DNA of 62,478 bases, taken from IMG/VR virus record IMGVR_UViG_2877263951_000003. The stretch is one strand, 5' to 3'. The translations under genes were made by a program, and so were the position numbers. Below the pieces are notes generated by a model. The model saw only the letters and a list, made by a program, of their open reading frames with translations, had not been told where the DNA came from and did no database searches. Below are positions 45,013 to 56,200 of this stretch, piece by piece. Origin of the DNA: a virus (taxonomy: Duplodnaviria; Heunggongvirae; Uroviricota; Caudoviricetes). How positions within the stretch are numbered: the stretch's first letter is position 1; the number at the start of each line of letters is the position of its first letter.

Positions 45013-45390
45013 GTGGACGGTTTCGATAATCTGTTTGATGCTGCGCTTGCCGGTGTCAATGAAGTCATTCTCCGTGATATGGGGATCAGCGCCGTCATTA
45101 CGTCCGGAGAACTTGAGGGGACACACCTGACAGGGGTTTTTGATGATCCCGAAAGTATTTCTTTTGTTGCCGGGGGGATCCGGCTTGAGGATTCCTCACC
45201 GTGCCTGTTTGTGAAAACGGCAGATATATCGCAGTTACGCCGTCAGGATACGTTAACTATCGGGGATGATTCTTTCTTTGTGGATCGTATTACTCCGGAT
45301 GACGGGGGATGCTGTTATATCCGGTTAAGGCGGGGCAGTCCTGCCCCACAGAATAATGCCAGAATGAGGCGATATGATGAAGGGACTTGA
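45013..45390 (+). CDS. Head-tail connector FII
   Basis: DGFDNLFDAALAGVNEV...GVFDDPESISFVAGGIRLEDSSPCLFVKT...LTIGDDSFFVDRITPDDGG; GTG start. Confidence 0.8.
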   Translation: MDGFDNLFDAALAGVNEVILRDMGISAVITSGELEGTHLTGVFDDPESISFVAGGIRLEDSSPCLFVKTADISQLRRQDTLTIGDDSFFVDRITPDDGGCCYIRLRRGSPAPQNNARMRRYDEGT

Positions 45391-45961
45391 GAATGCCATC
45401 CGCAATCTGAACAGCCTCGATACCCGCATGGTGCCACAGACCAGCGCATGGGCGGTAAACCGTGTGGCGGCAAAGATTGTTTCTGTCGCCACACGGCAGG
45501 TTGCGCAGAATACCGTTGCCGGGGATAACCAGGTGAAAGGTATTCCCCTGAAAACGGTCAGGGAGCGTGTCAGGCTGCTTAAAGCCAGCCCCTCAGGAAA
45601 AATGTATGCCCGCATGCGTGTTAACCGGGGTAACCTGCCCGCCATTAAGCTGGGTACCGCACAGGTCAGACTGGCCCGCTCCCGGCATGGCAGCAACTCA
45701 CGTCATCGTGGCAGCGTACTGAAAGTGGGGAAATACCTTTTCCGGGATGCGTTTATTCAGCAACTGGCGAATGGTCGCTGGCATGTGATGCGGCGTATTG
45801 ACGGCAAAAATCGTTACCCCATTGATGTGGTGAAAATCCCGATGTCCGGACCGCTGACACAGGCATTTGAAGATGCCCGCGACCGCATCATTGCTGCGGA
45901 AATGCCGAAACAGCTGGGGTATGCCCTGAAACAACAACTGAGGTTACATCTGAGTAAATGA
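45374..45961 (+). CDS. Tail completion protein gpZ
   Basis: Order and size match lambda Z; overlapping start/stop with flanking genes. Confidence 0.75.
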   Translation: MMKGLENAIRNLNSLDTRMVPQTSAWAVNRVAAKIVSVATRQVAQNTVAGDNQVKGIPLKTVRERVRLLKASPSGKMYARMRVNRGNLPAIKLGTAQVRLARSRHGSNSRHRGSVLKVGKYLFRDAFIQQLANGRWHVMRRIDGKNRYPIDVVKIPMSGPLTQAFEDARDRIIAAEMPKQLGYALKQQLRLHLSK

Positions 45962-46359
45962 ACCGACACACACAAATCCGTCAGAGCGTGCTGGCACGCC
46001 TTCGGGAACAGTGTGGAGACAGCGCCACGTTTTTTGACGGGCTTCCGGCATTTATTGATGCGCAGGAACTGCCTGCCGTGGCGGTGTGGCTGAGTGATGC
46101 TCAGTACACCGGAAAAATGACGGATGAAGATGACTGGCAGGCTGTTCTGCATATTGCCGTCTTCATCCGGGCACAGGCACCGGATTCAGAGCTGGATATG
46201 TGGATGGAGAGCACCATTTTCCCGGCCCTGAATGATGTACCGGCACTTTCCGGACTCATCGACACCCTGAACCCACTCGGTTTTAACTATCAACGTGATA
46301 ATGAGATGGCTACCTGGGCGATGGCGGAAATCACGTACCAGATCACGTACACGAATTAA
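45958..46359 (+). CDS. Tail terminator gpU
   Basis: ...ATFFDGLPAFIDAQELPAVAVWLSDAQYTG...ELDMWMESTIFPALNDVPALSGLI... Confidence 0.8.
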   Translation: MNRHTQIRQSVLARLREQCGDSATFFDGLPAFIDAQELPAVAVWLSDAQYTGKMTDEDDWQAVLHIAVFIRAQAPDSELDMWMESTIFPALNDVPALSGLIDTLNPLGFNYQRDNEMATWAMAEITYQITYTN

Positions 46360-46369
46360 GGAGGTGGTA

Positions 46370-47110
46370 ATGACCACACCAAATCCACTGGCAAAGACGA
46401 AAGGTGCGGGGACGACGTTCTGGATGTATACCGGCAACGGCGATGCGTTTGCGAACCCTTTGTCGGACACTGACTGGCTGCGTCTTGCGATGGTGAAGGA
46501 TCTGCAACCTGGCGAAATGACCGCTGATGCAGAAGATGACACTTATCTCGATGATGAAGATGCAGACTGGAAAACGACAACCCAGGGGCAGAAATCCGTT
46601 GGTGATACTTCGGCGACGCTGGCCTGGCGTCCGGGTGACAGCGGGCAGAAAAAACTGGTTCAGTTGTTCGACTCCGGTGAAGTCTGCGCGTTTCGTATCA
46701 AATATCCCAACGGCACTGTTGATGTTTTCCGCGGCTGGCTGAGCTCACTGGGTAAAACCATTGCCTCAAAAGACGTGATGACCCGCACTGTGAAAATCAG
46801 CGGTGTGGGGCGTCCGTATCTGGCAGAGGAAGGCACTGAAACCGTGGGTGTTACCGGACTGACGGTGGCACCGGCATCTGTCAGTGTCAAAGCGGGAGCA
46901 ACCACCACACTGACCTTTACAGTAAAACCTGACGGGGCCAGTGACAAAGCGATCAGTGTGCATTCGTCAGATCCTCAGACTGCTTCGGTGACCCTGAGCG
47001 GGCTTGTGGCCACGGTGAAAGGCGTGAAGCAGGGCAGTGTCAGCATCGTGGGCATGACCTCTGACGGAGAGTTTGTGGCAGTGGCTGCGGTGACCGTCAG
47101 CGCACCATAA
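46370..47110 (+). CDS. Major tail protein gpV with C-terminal Ig-like domain
   Basis: RBS AAGGAGG; MTTPNPLAKTKGAGTTFWMYTGNGDAF...; C-terminal ~90 aa Ig-like (VTGLTVAPASVSVKAGATTTLTFTVKPDGASD...). Confidence 0.85.
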   Translation: MTTPNPLAKTKGAGTTFWMYTGNGDAFANPLSDTDWLRLAMVKDLQPGEMTADAEDDTYLDDEDADWKTTTQGQKSVGDTSATLAWRPGDSGQKKLVQLFDSGEVCAFRIKYPNGTVDVFRGWLSSLGKTIASKDVMTRTVKISGVGRPYLAEEGTETVGVTGLTVAPASVSVKAGATTTLTFTVKPDGASDKAISVHSSDPQTASVTLSGLVATVKGVKQGSVSIVGMTSDGEFVAVAAVTVSAP

Positions 47111-47130
47111 CAGGACGATACTCATCATTG

Positions 47131-47152
47131 CCCCGGTTATCCGGGGCTTTTT
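47131..47152 (+). terminator. Terminator-like hairpin between V and G
   Basis: CCCCGG-TTAT-CCGGGG followed by CTTTTT. Confidence 0.45.
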
Positions 47153-47165
47153 GCATCCGGAGAAC

Positions 47166-47555
47166 ATGATGTTTCTGAAACAGGATACGTTTAATTATGA
47201 AAAACAGTCCGTGGTGCTCAGTGAGCTGTCCGGGCTGCAGAGAATTGAATATCTGACGTTTGTTCAGCAGCGAACGGCAAAGTTTGATGCACAGGAGGGA
47301 GAACTGCCGGAGGCTGAACGACAGATTGCTTTTCTGCGTATGGGAATGGATATCAATGCCTGGCTGGTTTCCCGCTCACTGTGGAATGCTGAGCAGTCTC
47401 AGGATGTTGAGACGCTTTGCGCATCCATTATGACAACATGGTCGTATGATGCGCTGGGCGCGGGGGCGGAGAGGGTTCTGTCGCTGAGCGGTATGGGGAC
47501 CATTGAGAATGCCGGGGATGATGATCATGAGGCGCTGACGCCGGAAAAGTCCTGA
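47166..47555 (+). CDS. Tail assembly chaperone gpG
   Basis: MMFLKQDTFNYEKQSVVLSELSGLQRIEYL...; supplied ORF begins at an upstream TTG. Confidence 0.8.
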   Translation: MMFLKQDTFNYEKQSVVLSELSGLQRIEYLTFVQQRTAKFDAQEGELPEAERQIAFLRMGMDINAWLVSRSLWNAEQSQDVETLCASIMTTWSYDALGAGAERVLSLSGMGTIENAGDDDHEALTPEKS

Positions 47556-47893
47556 CGCGGGAAATGCAGTTTGTCATGCGGCTTGCCCGGGAGTTCCGGC
47601 GGGCAGACTGGCGGCGGATGCTGTCGGATATGTCGGCCACTGAGCTTGGTGAGTGGGGCGATTATTTCCGGATGCAGAGCTTCAGTGATGTGTGGATGGA
47701 TGCGCAGTTTGCCTCGCTGAAGGCATTGATCGTGAGAATGGTGTCCGGCAGCAGCGATGCTGCGGTGGCTGATTTCAGCCTTTTACCGGAAGAGAACGGG
47801 ATACCGGAGCGAACGGACGAAGAACTGATGCATCTTGGGGAAGGTATTTCCGGAGGTGTGCGTTATGGACCAGATAGCCAACCTGGTCATTGA
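47531..47893 (+). CDS. gpT region, expressed as a G-T fusion by programmed -1 frameshift
   Basis: Open -1 frame overlaps the last 8 codons of G; the overlap contains CGGAAAAG (47542..47549) as the likely slip site. Confidence 0.65.
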   Translation, partial: GADAGKVLTREMQFVMRLAREFRRADWRRMLSDMSATELGEWGDYFRMQSFSDVWMDAQFASLKALIVRMVSGSSDAAVADFSLLPEENGIPERTDEELMHLGEGISGGVRYGPDSQPGH

Positions 47894-50800
47894 TTTGGGG
47901 ATTGATGCGGCAGAGTTTAAAAATGAAATTCCCCGTATCAAAAACCTTCTGAATGGTGCAGCCAGCGATGCAGAACGGTCTTCTGCCCGTATGCAGCGTT
48001 TTATGGAGCGTCAGACTCAGGCGGCCCGGCAGACAATGCAGGCGGCTTCTTCGGCTGCAACAGCAGCATCAGCCCATGCGCAGACGGTGGAGAAGAATGC
48101 ACGGGCTCATGAACGCATGGCCCGTGAGGTGGAACAAACCCGTCTGCGCGTGGATGCCCTGAATCAGAAAATGCGCGAGGAACAGGCGCAGGCCAGGGCA
48201 CTGGCGGAGGCGCAGGATAAAGCGGCTGCCGCCTTTTATCGCCAGATTGACAGTGTGAAACAGGCCGGTGCGGGGCTTCAGGAATTACAGCGTATTCAGC
48301 AGCAGATCCGACAGGCCAGAAACAGTGGCGGGGTTGGTCAGCAGGATTATCTGGCGCTGATTTCGGAGATCACGGCGAAAACCCGTGCCCTGACGCAGGC
48401 AGAGGAACAGGCCACCCGGCAGAAAGCGGCGTTTATCCGCCAGCTTAAAGAGCAGGCAACCCGCCAGAATCTGTCGTCTTCTGAGTTGCTTCGCGCCAGG
48501 GCGGCTCAGCTGGGGGTAAGCAGTGCTGCAGAAGTGTATATCCGCAAAATGGAGCGGGCAGGAAAAGCCACACATTCGCTGGGGCTGAAAAGTGCGGCAG
48601 CCCGGCGGGAGCTGGGGGTGTTAATCAGTCAGATGGCGCGCGGCAATTTTGGTGCGCTGAGGGGATCCGGGATAACGCTGGCTAACCGTGCCGGATGGAC
48701 AGGCGCACTGATGTCGCCGCAAGGCATGATGACTGGCGGCGTTATTGGCGGACTTGTCGCGGCGGTCCTGGGTCTGGGTAAAGCCTGGCATGACGGCCGG
48801 AAGGAGGGCGAGAAATTTAACCGTCAGCTGGCGCTGACGGGACATTATGCCGGTGTCACTGTCGGGCAGTTGTGGAAACTCAGCCGGGCCATATCCGGGA
48901 ATGGTATCACGCAACATGCGGCAGCCGGTGCGCTGGCACAGGTGGTGGGCAGTGGGGCATTTCATGGAAACGATATTGGTATGGTGGCGAAAGCTGCCGC
49001 ACAGATGGAGCGATCGGTTGGCCAGTCGGTCAGCGATACCATAAATCAGTTTAAGCGGCTGAAGGATGATCCTGTAAATGCCGCGAAGGCGCTGGACAAT
49101 GCGCTGCATTTTTTGAATGCCACTCAGCTTGAGCAGATACGCGTCCTTGGGGAGCAGGGGCGGTCCAGTGATGCGGCCCGGATCGCCATGTCTGCGCTGG
49201 CAGAGGAAACCGGTAAACGCACATCTGATATTGATAATAATCTCAATGCGCTGGGTAGTACGCTGCAAACCTTGTCTGACTGGTGGAAGCAGTTCTGGGA
49301 TGCGGCCATGAATATTGGTCGTGAAGACTCGCTGGATGCGCAGATTGATGCGTTACAGGAAAAAATTCAGCGCGCGAAAAAATATCCGTGGACAAACGCC
49401 TCCACACAGGTGGAGTACGATCAGCAGCGTCTTAACGATCTTCAGGAGAAAAAACGCCGGAAGGATTTGCAGGATGCAAAAGCGCAGGCAGAACGGAATT
49501 ACCAGGAGCAACAGAAACGCCGGAATGCTGAAAATGCCGCGCTGAACCGGATGAATGAAACGGAAGCTGCACGACATCAGCGGGAAATTGCGCGTATTAA
49601 TGCCATGCAGTACGCCGACCAGGCTGTCAGGGATGCGGCGATACAGCGTGAAAATGAACGTTACGAAAAAGCCATTAAGAAAAATACACGGGCAACCCGT
49701 AATGATGAGGCCACCCGGTTATTGCTGCAGTACAGTCAGCAGCAGGCACAGGTGGAAGGGCAGATTGCTGCTGCCAGACAGTCAGCAGGCATTGCCACTG
49801 AAAGGATGACTGAAGCGCATAAACAGCTTCTGGCCCTGCAGCAGCGCATCAGCGACCTGGACGGGAAAAAGCTGACGGCAGATGAAAAGAGTGTGCTGGC
49901 CCGTAAGAATGAGCTGATTCAGGCGCTGACGCTGCTGGATGTGAAACAGCAGGAGCTGCAGAAACAGACAGCGCTTAACGACCTGAGAAAAAAAACGGTT
50001 CAGCTGACCAGCCAGCTGGCAGACAAAGAACGTGCACTGCGTGAGCAGCACAATCTGGATATTGCCACTGCAGGTATGGGGGATAAGCAGCGGCAGCGCT
50101 ACCAGGCACAGTTGCGCATCCGGCAGGAATACCGGCAACAGTTGCAACAGCTTGAGAATGACAGTCGCCAGAAAGGCACTTACGGGACGGAGGACTACCG
50201 GAGGGCTGAGGAGGTGCTGAAGGGGAGCCTGAAGCGACAACTGAATGAAAACAAACGCTACTGGCAGGAACTGGAAGTGGCGCAGGGCGACTGGAAAAAC
50301 GGTGCCATGCGGGCGTTTCAGAATTTTACGGCGGATGCGGATAATGCGGCGGGAACGGCAGAACAGATGTTTACAGTGGCATTCAGCAGTGCCGGTAATG
50401 CACTGGCGACATTCTGTACCACCGGTAAGCTGAATTTTAAATCCTTCACCTCTTCCCTGTTGTCAGATATGGCCAGAATTATGGCACAGATGGCCATGAT
50501 GCAGGCGGTAAAGGGCGTCGGTTCTTTATTCGGCTTCACGACTAATGCTGATGGCGGTGTTTACCAGTCTGCTGATTTGAGTCGCTACAGTGGCACGGTG
50601 GTTAACCGTCCGACGTTTTTTGCTTTTGCAAAAGGCGCGGGTGTGATGGGGGAAGCGGGACCTGAAGCCATTCTGCCACTGCGTCGCGGTGCTGATGGTA
50701 AGCTGGGGGTTGTGGCGGATACTGGTGGTTCAGGCATGGTGATGTTTGCCCCGCAGTACAACATTGAGATCAATAACGACGGCACGAACGGGCAGATAGG

Positions 50801-50906
50801 TCCGGCTGCCCTGAAGGTGGTTTATGACCTCGGGAAAAAAGCGGCCGCGGACTTTATGCAACAGCAGGCCCGTGATGGTGGCCGGTTAAGTGGAGCATAC
50901 CGGTAA
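47865..50906 (+). CDS. Tail tape measure protein gpH
   Basis: 1013 aa, Ala/Gln-rich coiled coil, C-terminal Gly-rich membrane-interacting region; RBS GGAGG. Confidence 0.9.
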   Translation: MDQIANLVIDLGIDAAEFKNEIPRIKNLLNGAASDAERSSARMQRFMERQTQAARQTMQAASSAATAASAHAQTVEKNARAHERMAREVEQTRLRVDALNQKMREEQAQARALAEAQDKAAAAFYRQIDSVKQAGAGLQELQRIQQQIRQARNSGGVGQQDYLALISEITAKTRALTQAEEQATRQKAAFIRQLKEQATRQNLSSSELLRARAAQLGVSSAAEVYIRKMERAGKATHSLGLKSAAARRELGVLISQMARGNFGALRGSGITLANRAGWTGALMSPQGMMTGGVIGGLVAAVLGLGKAWHDGRKEGEKFNRQLALTGHYAGVTVGQLWKLSRAISGNGITQHAAAGALAQVVGSGAFHGNDIGMVAKAAAQMERSVGQSVSDTINQFKRLKDDPVNAAKALDNALHFLNATQLEQIRVLGEQGRSSDAARIAMSALAEETGKRTSDIDNNLNALGSTLQTLSDWWKQFWDAAMNIGREDSLDAQIDALQEKIQRAKKYPWTNASTQVEYDQQRLNDLQEKKRRKDLQDAKAQAERNYQEQQKRRNAENAALNRMNETEAARHQREIARINAMQYADQAVRDAAIQRENERYEKAIKKNTRATRNDEATRLLLQYSQQQAQVEGQIAAARQSAGIATERMTEAHKQLLALQQRISDLDGKKLTADEKSVLARKNELIQALTLLDVKQQELQKQTALNDLRKKTVQLTSQLADKERALREQHNLDIATAGMGDKQRQRYQAQLRIRQEYRQQLQQLENDSRQKGTYGTEDYRRAEEVLKGSLKRQLNENKRYWQELEVAQGDWKNGAMRAFQNFTADADNAAGTAEQMFTVAFSSAGNALATFCTTGKLNFKSFTSSLLSDMARIMAQMAMMQAVKGVGSLFGFTTNADGGVYQSADLSRYSGTVVNRPTFFAFAKGAGVMGEAGPEAILPLRRGADGKLGVVADTGGSGMVMFAPQYNIEINNDGTNGQIGPAALKVVYDLGKKAAADFMQQQARDGGRLSGAYR

Positions 50907-51235
50907 TGGAGACGTTTCACTGGAAAGTGCGCCCGGATATGAATGTGGTATCAGAGCCGAAAGTGGTGACAGTGAAGCTGGGCGATGGTTATGAACAGCG
51001 TCGTGCGGCGGGACTGAATAACCAGTTGTCGACTTACAGCGTGACGATACGTGTTCGTAAAGGTGAACACCCATCTTTAAAAGCCTTTCTGGAACGGCAC
51101 GGTGGCGTCCGCGCATTTCAGTGGACGCCACCTTATGACTGGAAACTGATCAGGGTGGTTTGTCGTAAATGGTCGGCAAGCGTGGGGGCGTTATGGGTGA
51201 CTGTAACGGCCGATTTTGAACAGGTGGTGAACTGA
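50906..51235 (+). CDS. Minor tail protein gpM
   Basis: Start overlaps the H stop (TAATG); order and size as lambda M. Confidence 0.85.
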   Translation: METFHWKVRPDMNVVSEPKVVTVKLGDGYEQRRAAGLNNQLSTYSVTIRVRKGEHPSLKAFLERHGGVRAFQWTPPYDWKLIRVVCRKWSASVGALWVTVTADFEQVVN

Positions 51236-51933
51236 TGCAGGATATCCGGCAGGAAACACTGAATGAATGCACCCGTGCGGAGCAGTCAGCCCGGGTGGAG
51301 CTCTGGGAAATCGATCTGACAGAGGTCGGTGGTGAGCGTTATTTTTTCTGTAATGAGCAGAACGAAAAAGGTGAGCCGGTCACCTGGCAGGGGCGGCAGT
51401 ATCAGGCATACCCCATTCAGGGGTCGGGGTTTGAACTGAACGGCAGGGGCTGTGCTGCCCGTCCGACACTGACGGTCTCTAACCTGCACGGCATGGTCAC
51501 CGGGATGGCGGAAGATCTGCAGAGTCTGGTCGGCGGAACGGTGGTCCGGCGTAAGGTTTACGCCCGTTTTCTGGATGCGGTGAACTTCGTCAACGGAAAC
51601 AGCGACGCCGATCCGGAACAGGAGGTGATCAGCCGCTGGCGCATCGAGCAGTGCAGCGAACTGAGCGCGGTCAGTGCCTCTTTTGTGCTGGCCACACCAA
51701 CGGAGACGGATGGCGCGGTTTTCCCGGGGCGTATCATGCTGGCGAATACCTGTATGTGGACTTACCGTTCTGATGAGTGTGGTTACACGGGCAGGGCAGT
51801 GGCTGACGAGTTCGACAAACCAACAACGGATATCCGGAAGGACAAATGCAGCAAGTGTATGCGCGGGTGTGAGTTGCGCAACAATACCGGTAATTTCGGC
51901 GGTTTCCTTTCCATCAATAAACTTTCTCAGTAA
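51235..51933 (+). CDS. Minor tail protein gpL
   Basis: Start overlaps the M stop (TGATG); conserved Cys cluster near the C-terminus (CSKCMRGCELRNNTGNFGGF). Confidence 0.85.
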   Translation: MQDIRQETLNECTRAEQSARVELWEIDLTEVGGERYFFCNEQNEKGEPVTWQGRQYQAYPIQGSGFELNGRGCAARPTLTVSNLHGMVTGMAEDLQSLVGGTVVRRKVYARFLDAVNFVNGNSDADPEQEVISRWRIEQCSELSAVSASFVLATPTETDGAVFPGRIMLANTCMWTYRSDECGYTGRAVADEFDKPTTDIRKDKCSKCMRGCELRNNTGNFGGFLSINKLSQ

Positions 51934-51937
51934 ATCC

Positions 51938-52681
51938 ATGACACAGACAGAATCAGCGATTCTGGCGCACGCCCGGCGATGTGCGCCAGCGGAGTCGTGT
52001 GGCTTCGTGGTGAGAACGCCGGAGGGAGACAGGTATCTTCCCAGCGAGAATATCTCCGGTGAGCCGGAGGAACGGTTCCGGATGGCTCCGGAGGACTGGC
52101 TGCGGGCACAAATGCAGGGTGAGATTGTGGCACTGGTCCACAGTCATCCCGGTGGTCTGCCCTGGCTGAGTGAGGCTGACCGGCGGCTGCAGGTGCAGAG
52201 TGATTTGCCGTGGTGGCTGGTCTGCCGGGGGGCGATTCACAAGTTCCGCTGTGTGCCGCATCTCACCGGGCGGCGCTTTGAGCACGGGGTGACGGACTGT
52301 TACACGCTGTTCCGGGATGCTTATCATCTGGCGGGGATTGAGATGCCGGATTTTCATCGCGGGGATGACTGGTGGCGTCACGGTCAGAATCTCTATCTGG
52401 ATAATCTGGAGGCCACAGGGCTGTATCAGGTGCCGTTGTCATCAGCACAACCGGGCGATGTGCTGCTGTGCTGTTTTGGTTCATCGGTGCCGAATCATGC
52501 CGCCATTTACTGCGGCGATGGTGAGCTGCTGCACCATATTCCTGAACAACTGAGTAAACGAGAGAGGTATACCGACAAATGGCAGCGACGCACACACTCC
52601 CTCTGGCGTCACCGGGAATGGCACGCATCTGCCTTTACGGGGATTTGCAACGATTTGGCCGCCGCATCGACCTTCGTGTGA
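51938..52681 (+). CDS. Tail assembly protein gpK (MPN/JAB plus NlpC/P60-like)
   Basis: HSHPGG motif (..VALVHSHPGGLPWLSEADRR..) and C-terminal Cys/His peptidase-like region. Confidence 0.85.
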   Translation: MTQTESAILAHARRCAPAESCGFVVRTPEGDRYLPSENISGEPEERFRMAPEDWLRAQMQGEIVALVHSHPGGLPWLSEADRRLQVQSDLPWWLVCRGAIHKFRCVPHLTGRRFEHGVTDCYTLFRDAYHLAGIEMPDFHRGDDWWRHGQNLYLDNLEATGLYQVPLSSAQPGDVLLCCFGSSVPNHAAIYCGDGELLHHIPEQLSKRERYTDKWQRRTHSLWRHREWHASAFTGICNDLAAASTFV

Positions 52682-53220
52682 AAACGGGGGCTGAAGCCAT
52701 CCGCGCACTGGCCACACAGCTCCCGGCGTTTCGTCAGAAACTGAGTGACGGCTGGTATCAGGTGCGCATTGCCGGGCGTGATGCAGGTGAAACCGAATTG
52801 TCTGCCCGTCTTAATGAGCCGCTGGCAAATGGTGCAGTGATCCACATAGTACCGCGTCTGGTGGGAGCTAAAAGTGGCGGTGTGTTTCAGGCGGTGCTGG
52901 GGGCAGCTGTTATGGCGGTTGCTATATGGATGCCGGGGGTAGGAATTATGGCGAGTAATCTGCTGTTTTCTCTCGGTGCCAGTATGACGCTTGGCGGTGT
53001 TGCACAGATGCTGGCACCGAAAGCCAGAACTCCCCGTACACAGACAACGGATAACGGCAAACAGAACACCTGTTTCTCCTCACTGGATAACATGGTTGCC
53101 CAGGGCAATGTTCTGCCTGTTCTGTACGGTGAAATGCGCGTGGGGTCGCGGGTGGTATCTCAGGAGATCAGCACGGCAGACGAAGGGGATGGTGGTCAGG
53201 TTGTGGTGATTGGTCGCTGA
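52579..53220 (+). CDS. Tail assembly protein gpI
   Basis: MAATHTLPLASPGMARICLYGDLQRFGRRIDLRVKTGAEAIRALATQLP...; recalled as almost identical to lambda I. Confidence 0.85.
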   Translation: MAATHTLPLASPGMARICLYGDLQRFGRRIDLRVKTGAEAIRALATQLPAFRQKLSDGWYQVRIAGRDAGETELSARLNEPLANGAVIHIVPRLVGAKSGGVFQAVLGAAVMAVAIWMPGVGIMASNLLFSLGASMTLGGVAQMLAPKARTPRTQTTDNGKQNTCFSSLDNMVAQGNVLPVLYGEMRVGSRVVSQEISTADEGDGGQVVVIGR

Positions 53221-53280
53221 TGCAAAATGTTTCATGTGAAACCGCCTGCGGGCGGTTTTGTCGTTTATGGAGCGTGAGGA

Positions 53281-56200
53281 ATGGGTAAAGGCAGCAGTAA
53301 GGGGCATACCCCGCGCGAAGCGAAGGACAACCTGAAATCCACGCAGTTGCTGAGTGTGATTGATGCCATCAGCGAAGGGCCGGTTGACGGTCCGGTGGAT
53401 GGATTAAAAAGCGTGCTGCTGAACGGTACGCCGGTCCTGGATAGCGAGGGGAAGACAAACTTTTCCGGTGTTACGGTGGTGTTCCGCGCCGGCGAGCAGG
53501 AGCAGACACCGCCGGAGGGGTTTGAATCTTCCGGCTCAGAGACTGTGCTGGGTACGGAAGTGAAATACGACACGCCGATCACCCGGACCATCACGTCGGC
53601 AAACATTGATCGTCTGCGCCTGACCTTCGGTGTGCAGGCACTGGTGGAAACCACCTCAAAGGGGGACCGGAATCCGTCGGAAGTCCGCCTGCTGGTTCAG
53701 ATACAGCGTAACGGTGGCTGGGTGACGGAAAAAGACATCACCATTAAGGGCAAAACCACTTCGCAGTATCTGGCCTCGGTGGTGGTGGGTAACCTGCCGC
53801 CGCGCCCGTTTAATATCCGGATGCGCAGGATGACACCGGACAGCACCACAGACCAGCTGCAGAACAAAACGCTCTGGTCGTCGTACACCGAAATCATCGA
53901 TGTGAAACAGTGCTACCCGAACACGGCGCTGGTCGGCGTGCAGGTGGATTCAGAGCAGTTCGGTAACCAGCAGGTGAGTCGCAATTATCATCTTCGCGGG
54001 CGCATTCTGCAGGTGCCGTCGAACTATAACCCGCAGACGCGGCAATACAGCGGTATCTGGGACGGAACGCTTAAGCCAGCATACAGCAACAACATGGCCT
54101 GGTGTCTGTGGGACATGCTCACTCATCCGCGCTACGGCATGGGGAAACGTCTTGGTGCGGCAGATGTGGACAAATGGGCGCTGTATGTCATCGGCCAGTA
54201 CTGCGACCAGTCAGTGCCGGACGGATTTGGCGGCACGGAGCCGCGCATCACCTGTAACGCTTACCTGACCACACAGCGTAAGGCGTGGGATGTTCTCAGT
54301 GATTTCTGCTCGGCGATGCGCTGTATGCCGGTATGGAACGGGCAGACGCTGACGTTCGTGCAGGACCGACCGTCGGATAAAGTGTGGACCTATAACCGCA
54401 GTAATGTGGTGATGCCGGATGATGGCGCGCCGTTCCGCTACAGCTTCAGCGCCCTGAAGGACCGCCATAATGTCGTTGAGGTGAACTGGATTGATCCGGA
54501 CAACGGTCATGAGACGGCGACAGAGCTTGTGGAGGACACGCAGGCCATTGTCCGTTACGGTCGTAACGTCACGAAGATGGATGCCTTTGGCTGTACCAGC
54601 CGGGGACAGGCGCACCGCGCCGGGCTGTGGCTGATTAAAACGGAACTGCTGGAAACGCAGACCGTGGACTTCAGCGTCGGCGCAGAAGGGCTTCGCCATG
54701 TACCGGGTGATGTCATTGAAATCTGCGATGATGATTATGCCGGTATCAGCACCGGTGGTCGCGTACTGGCGGTGAACAGCCAGACCCGGACGCTGACGCT
54801 CGACCGTGAAATCACGCTGCCGTCCTCCGGTACCACGCTGATAAGCCTGGTTGACGGAAATGGCAATCCGGTCAGCGTGGAGGTTCAGTCCGTCACCGAC
54901 GGCGTGAAGGTGAAAGTGAGCCGGGTTCCTGACGGCGTTGCAGAATACAGCGTGTGGGGGCTGAAGCTGCCGACGCTGCGCCAGCGCCTGTTCCGCTGCG
55001 TGAGTATCCGTGAGAACGACGACGGCACGTATGCCATCACCGCCGTGCAGCATGTGCCGGAAAAAGAGGCCATCGTGGATAACGGGGCACACTTTGACGG
55101 TGACCGGCGCGGCACGGTGAATGGTGTCACGCCGCCAGCGGTGCAGCATCTGACCGCCGAAGTCACCGCAGACAGCGGGGAATATCAGGTGCTGGCGCGA
55201 TGGGACACGCCGAAGGTGGTGAAGGGTGTGAGCTTCCTGCTTCGCCTGACCGTGGCAGCGGACGACGGCAGTGAGCGGCTGGTCAGCACAGCCAGGACGA
55301 CGGAAACCACATACCGCTTCAGGCAGCTGGCGCTGGGGAATTACAGTCTGACAGTCCGGGCGGTAAATGCCCGGGGGCAGCAGGGCGATCCGGCGTCGGT
55401 ATCGTTCCGGATTGCGGCACCGGCAGCGCCTGTCACTATTGAACTGATACCGGGGTATTTTCAGATAACGGTGGTCCCGAAACTGGCTGTATATGACCCG
55501 ACGGTGCAGTTTGAGTTCTGGTTTTCGGAAAAGCGGATTGCGGATATCAGGCAGGTTGAAACCAGCGCCCGCTATCTTGGCACGGCGCTGTACTGGATAG
55601 CCGCCAGTATCAATATCAGGCCGGGCCATGATTATTATTTTTACGTTCGCAGTGTGAACACCGTTGGCAAATCGGCATTTGTGGAGGCCGTCGGTCGGGC
55701 GAGCGATGATGCGGAAGGTTATCTGAGTTTTTATAAAGGGTTGATCAATAAAACGCATCTCGGCAAGGAGTTGTGGACGCAGATTGATAACGGTCAGCTT
55801 GCGCCGGACCTGACTGAAATCAGGACGTCCATTACGAATGTCAGCAATGAAATCACGCAAACCGTCAATAAAAAACTGGAAAATCAGAGTGCTGCAATCC
55901 AGCAGATACAGAAAGTTCAGGTTGATACAAATAATAACCTGAACAGCATGTGGGCTGTGAAGCTGCAACAGATGAAGGACGGACGCCTTTATATTGCGGG
56001 TATCGGTGCCGGTATTGAGAATACGCCAGCAGGAATGCAGAGTCAGGTGCTGCTGGCGGCAGACAGGATTGCGATGATTAATCCTGCGAATGGCAACACA
56101 AAGCCGATGTTTGTTGGTCAGGGCGATCAGATATTCATGAACGACGTGTTCCTGAAACGCCTGACGGCTCCGACCATTACCAGCGGCGGTAATCCTCCGG

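Noticed and set aside
47835-47864. Start of the tape measure gene at the first ATG of the supplied ORF (47835)
   Set aside because: That ATG lies inside the gpT frame with no RBS; the ATG at 47865 is preceded by GGAGG and matches the usual H start just before the T stop.
48621-49268. 215-aa minus-strand ORF inside the tape measure gene
   Set aside because: Antisense to gpH; no RBS; composition typical of a non-coding frame.
54211-55968. 585-aa minus-strand ORF inside gene J
   Set aside because: Lies entirely antisense to the well-supported J gene in GC-rich sequence; Arg/Pro/His-rich low-complexity translation typical of spurious antisense frames.
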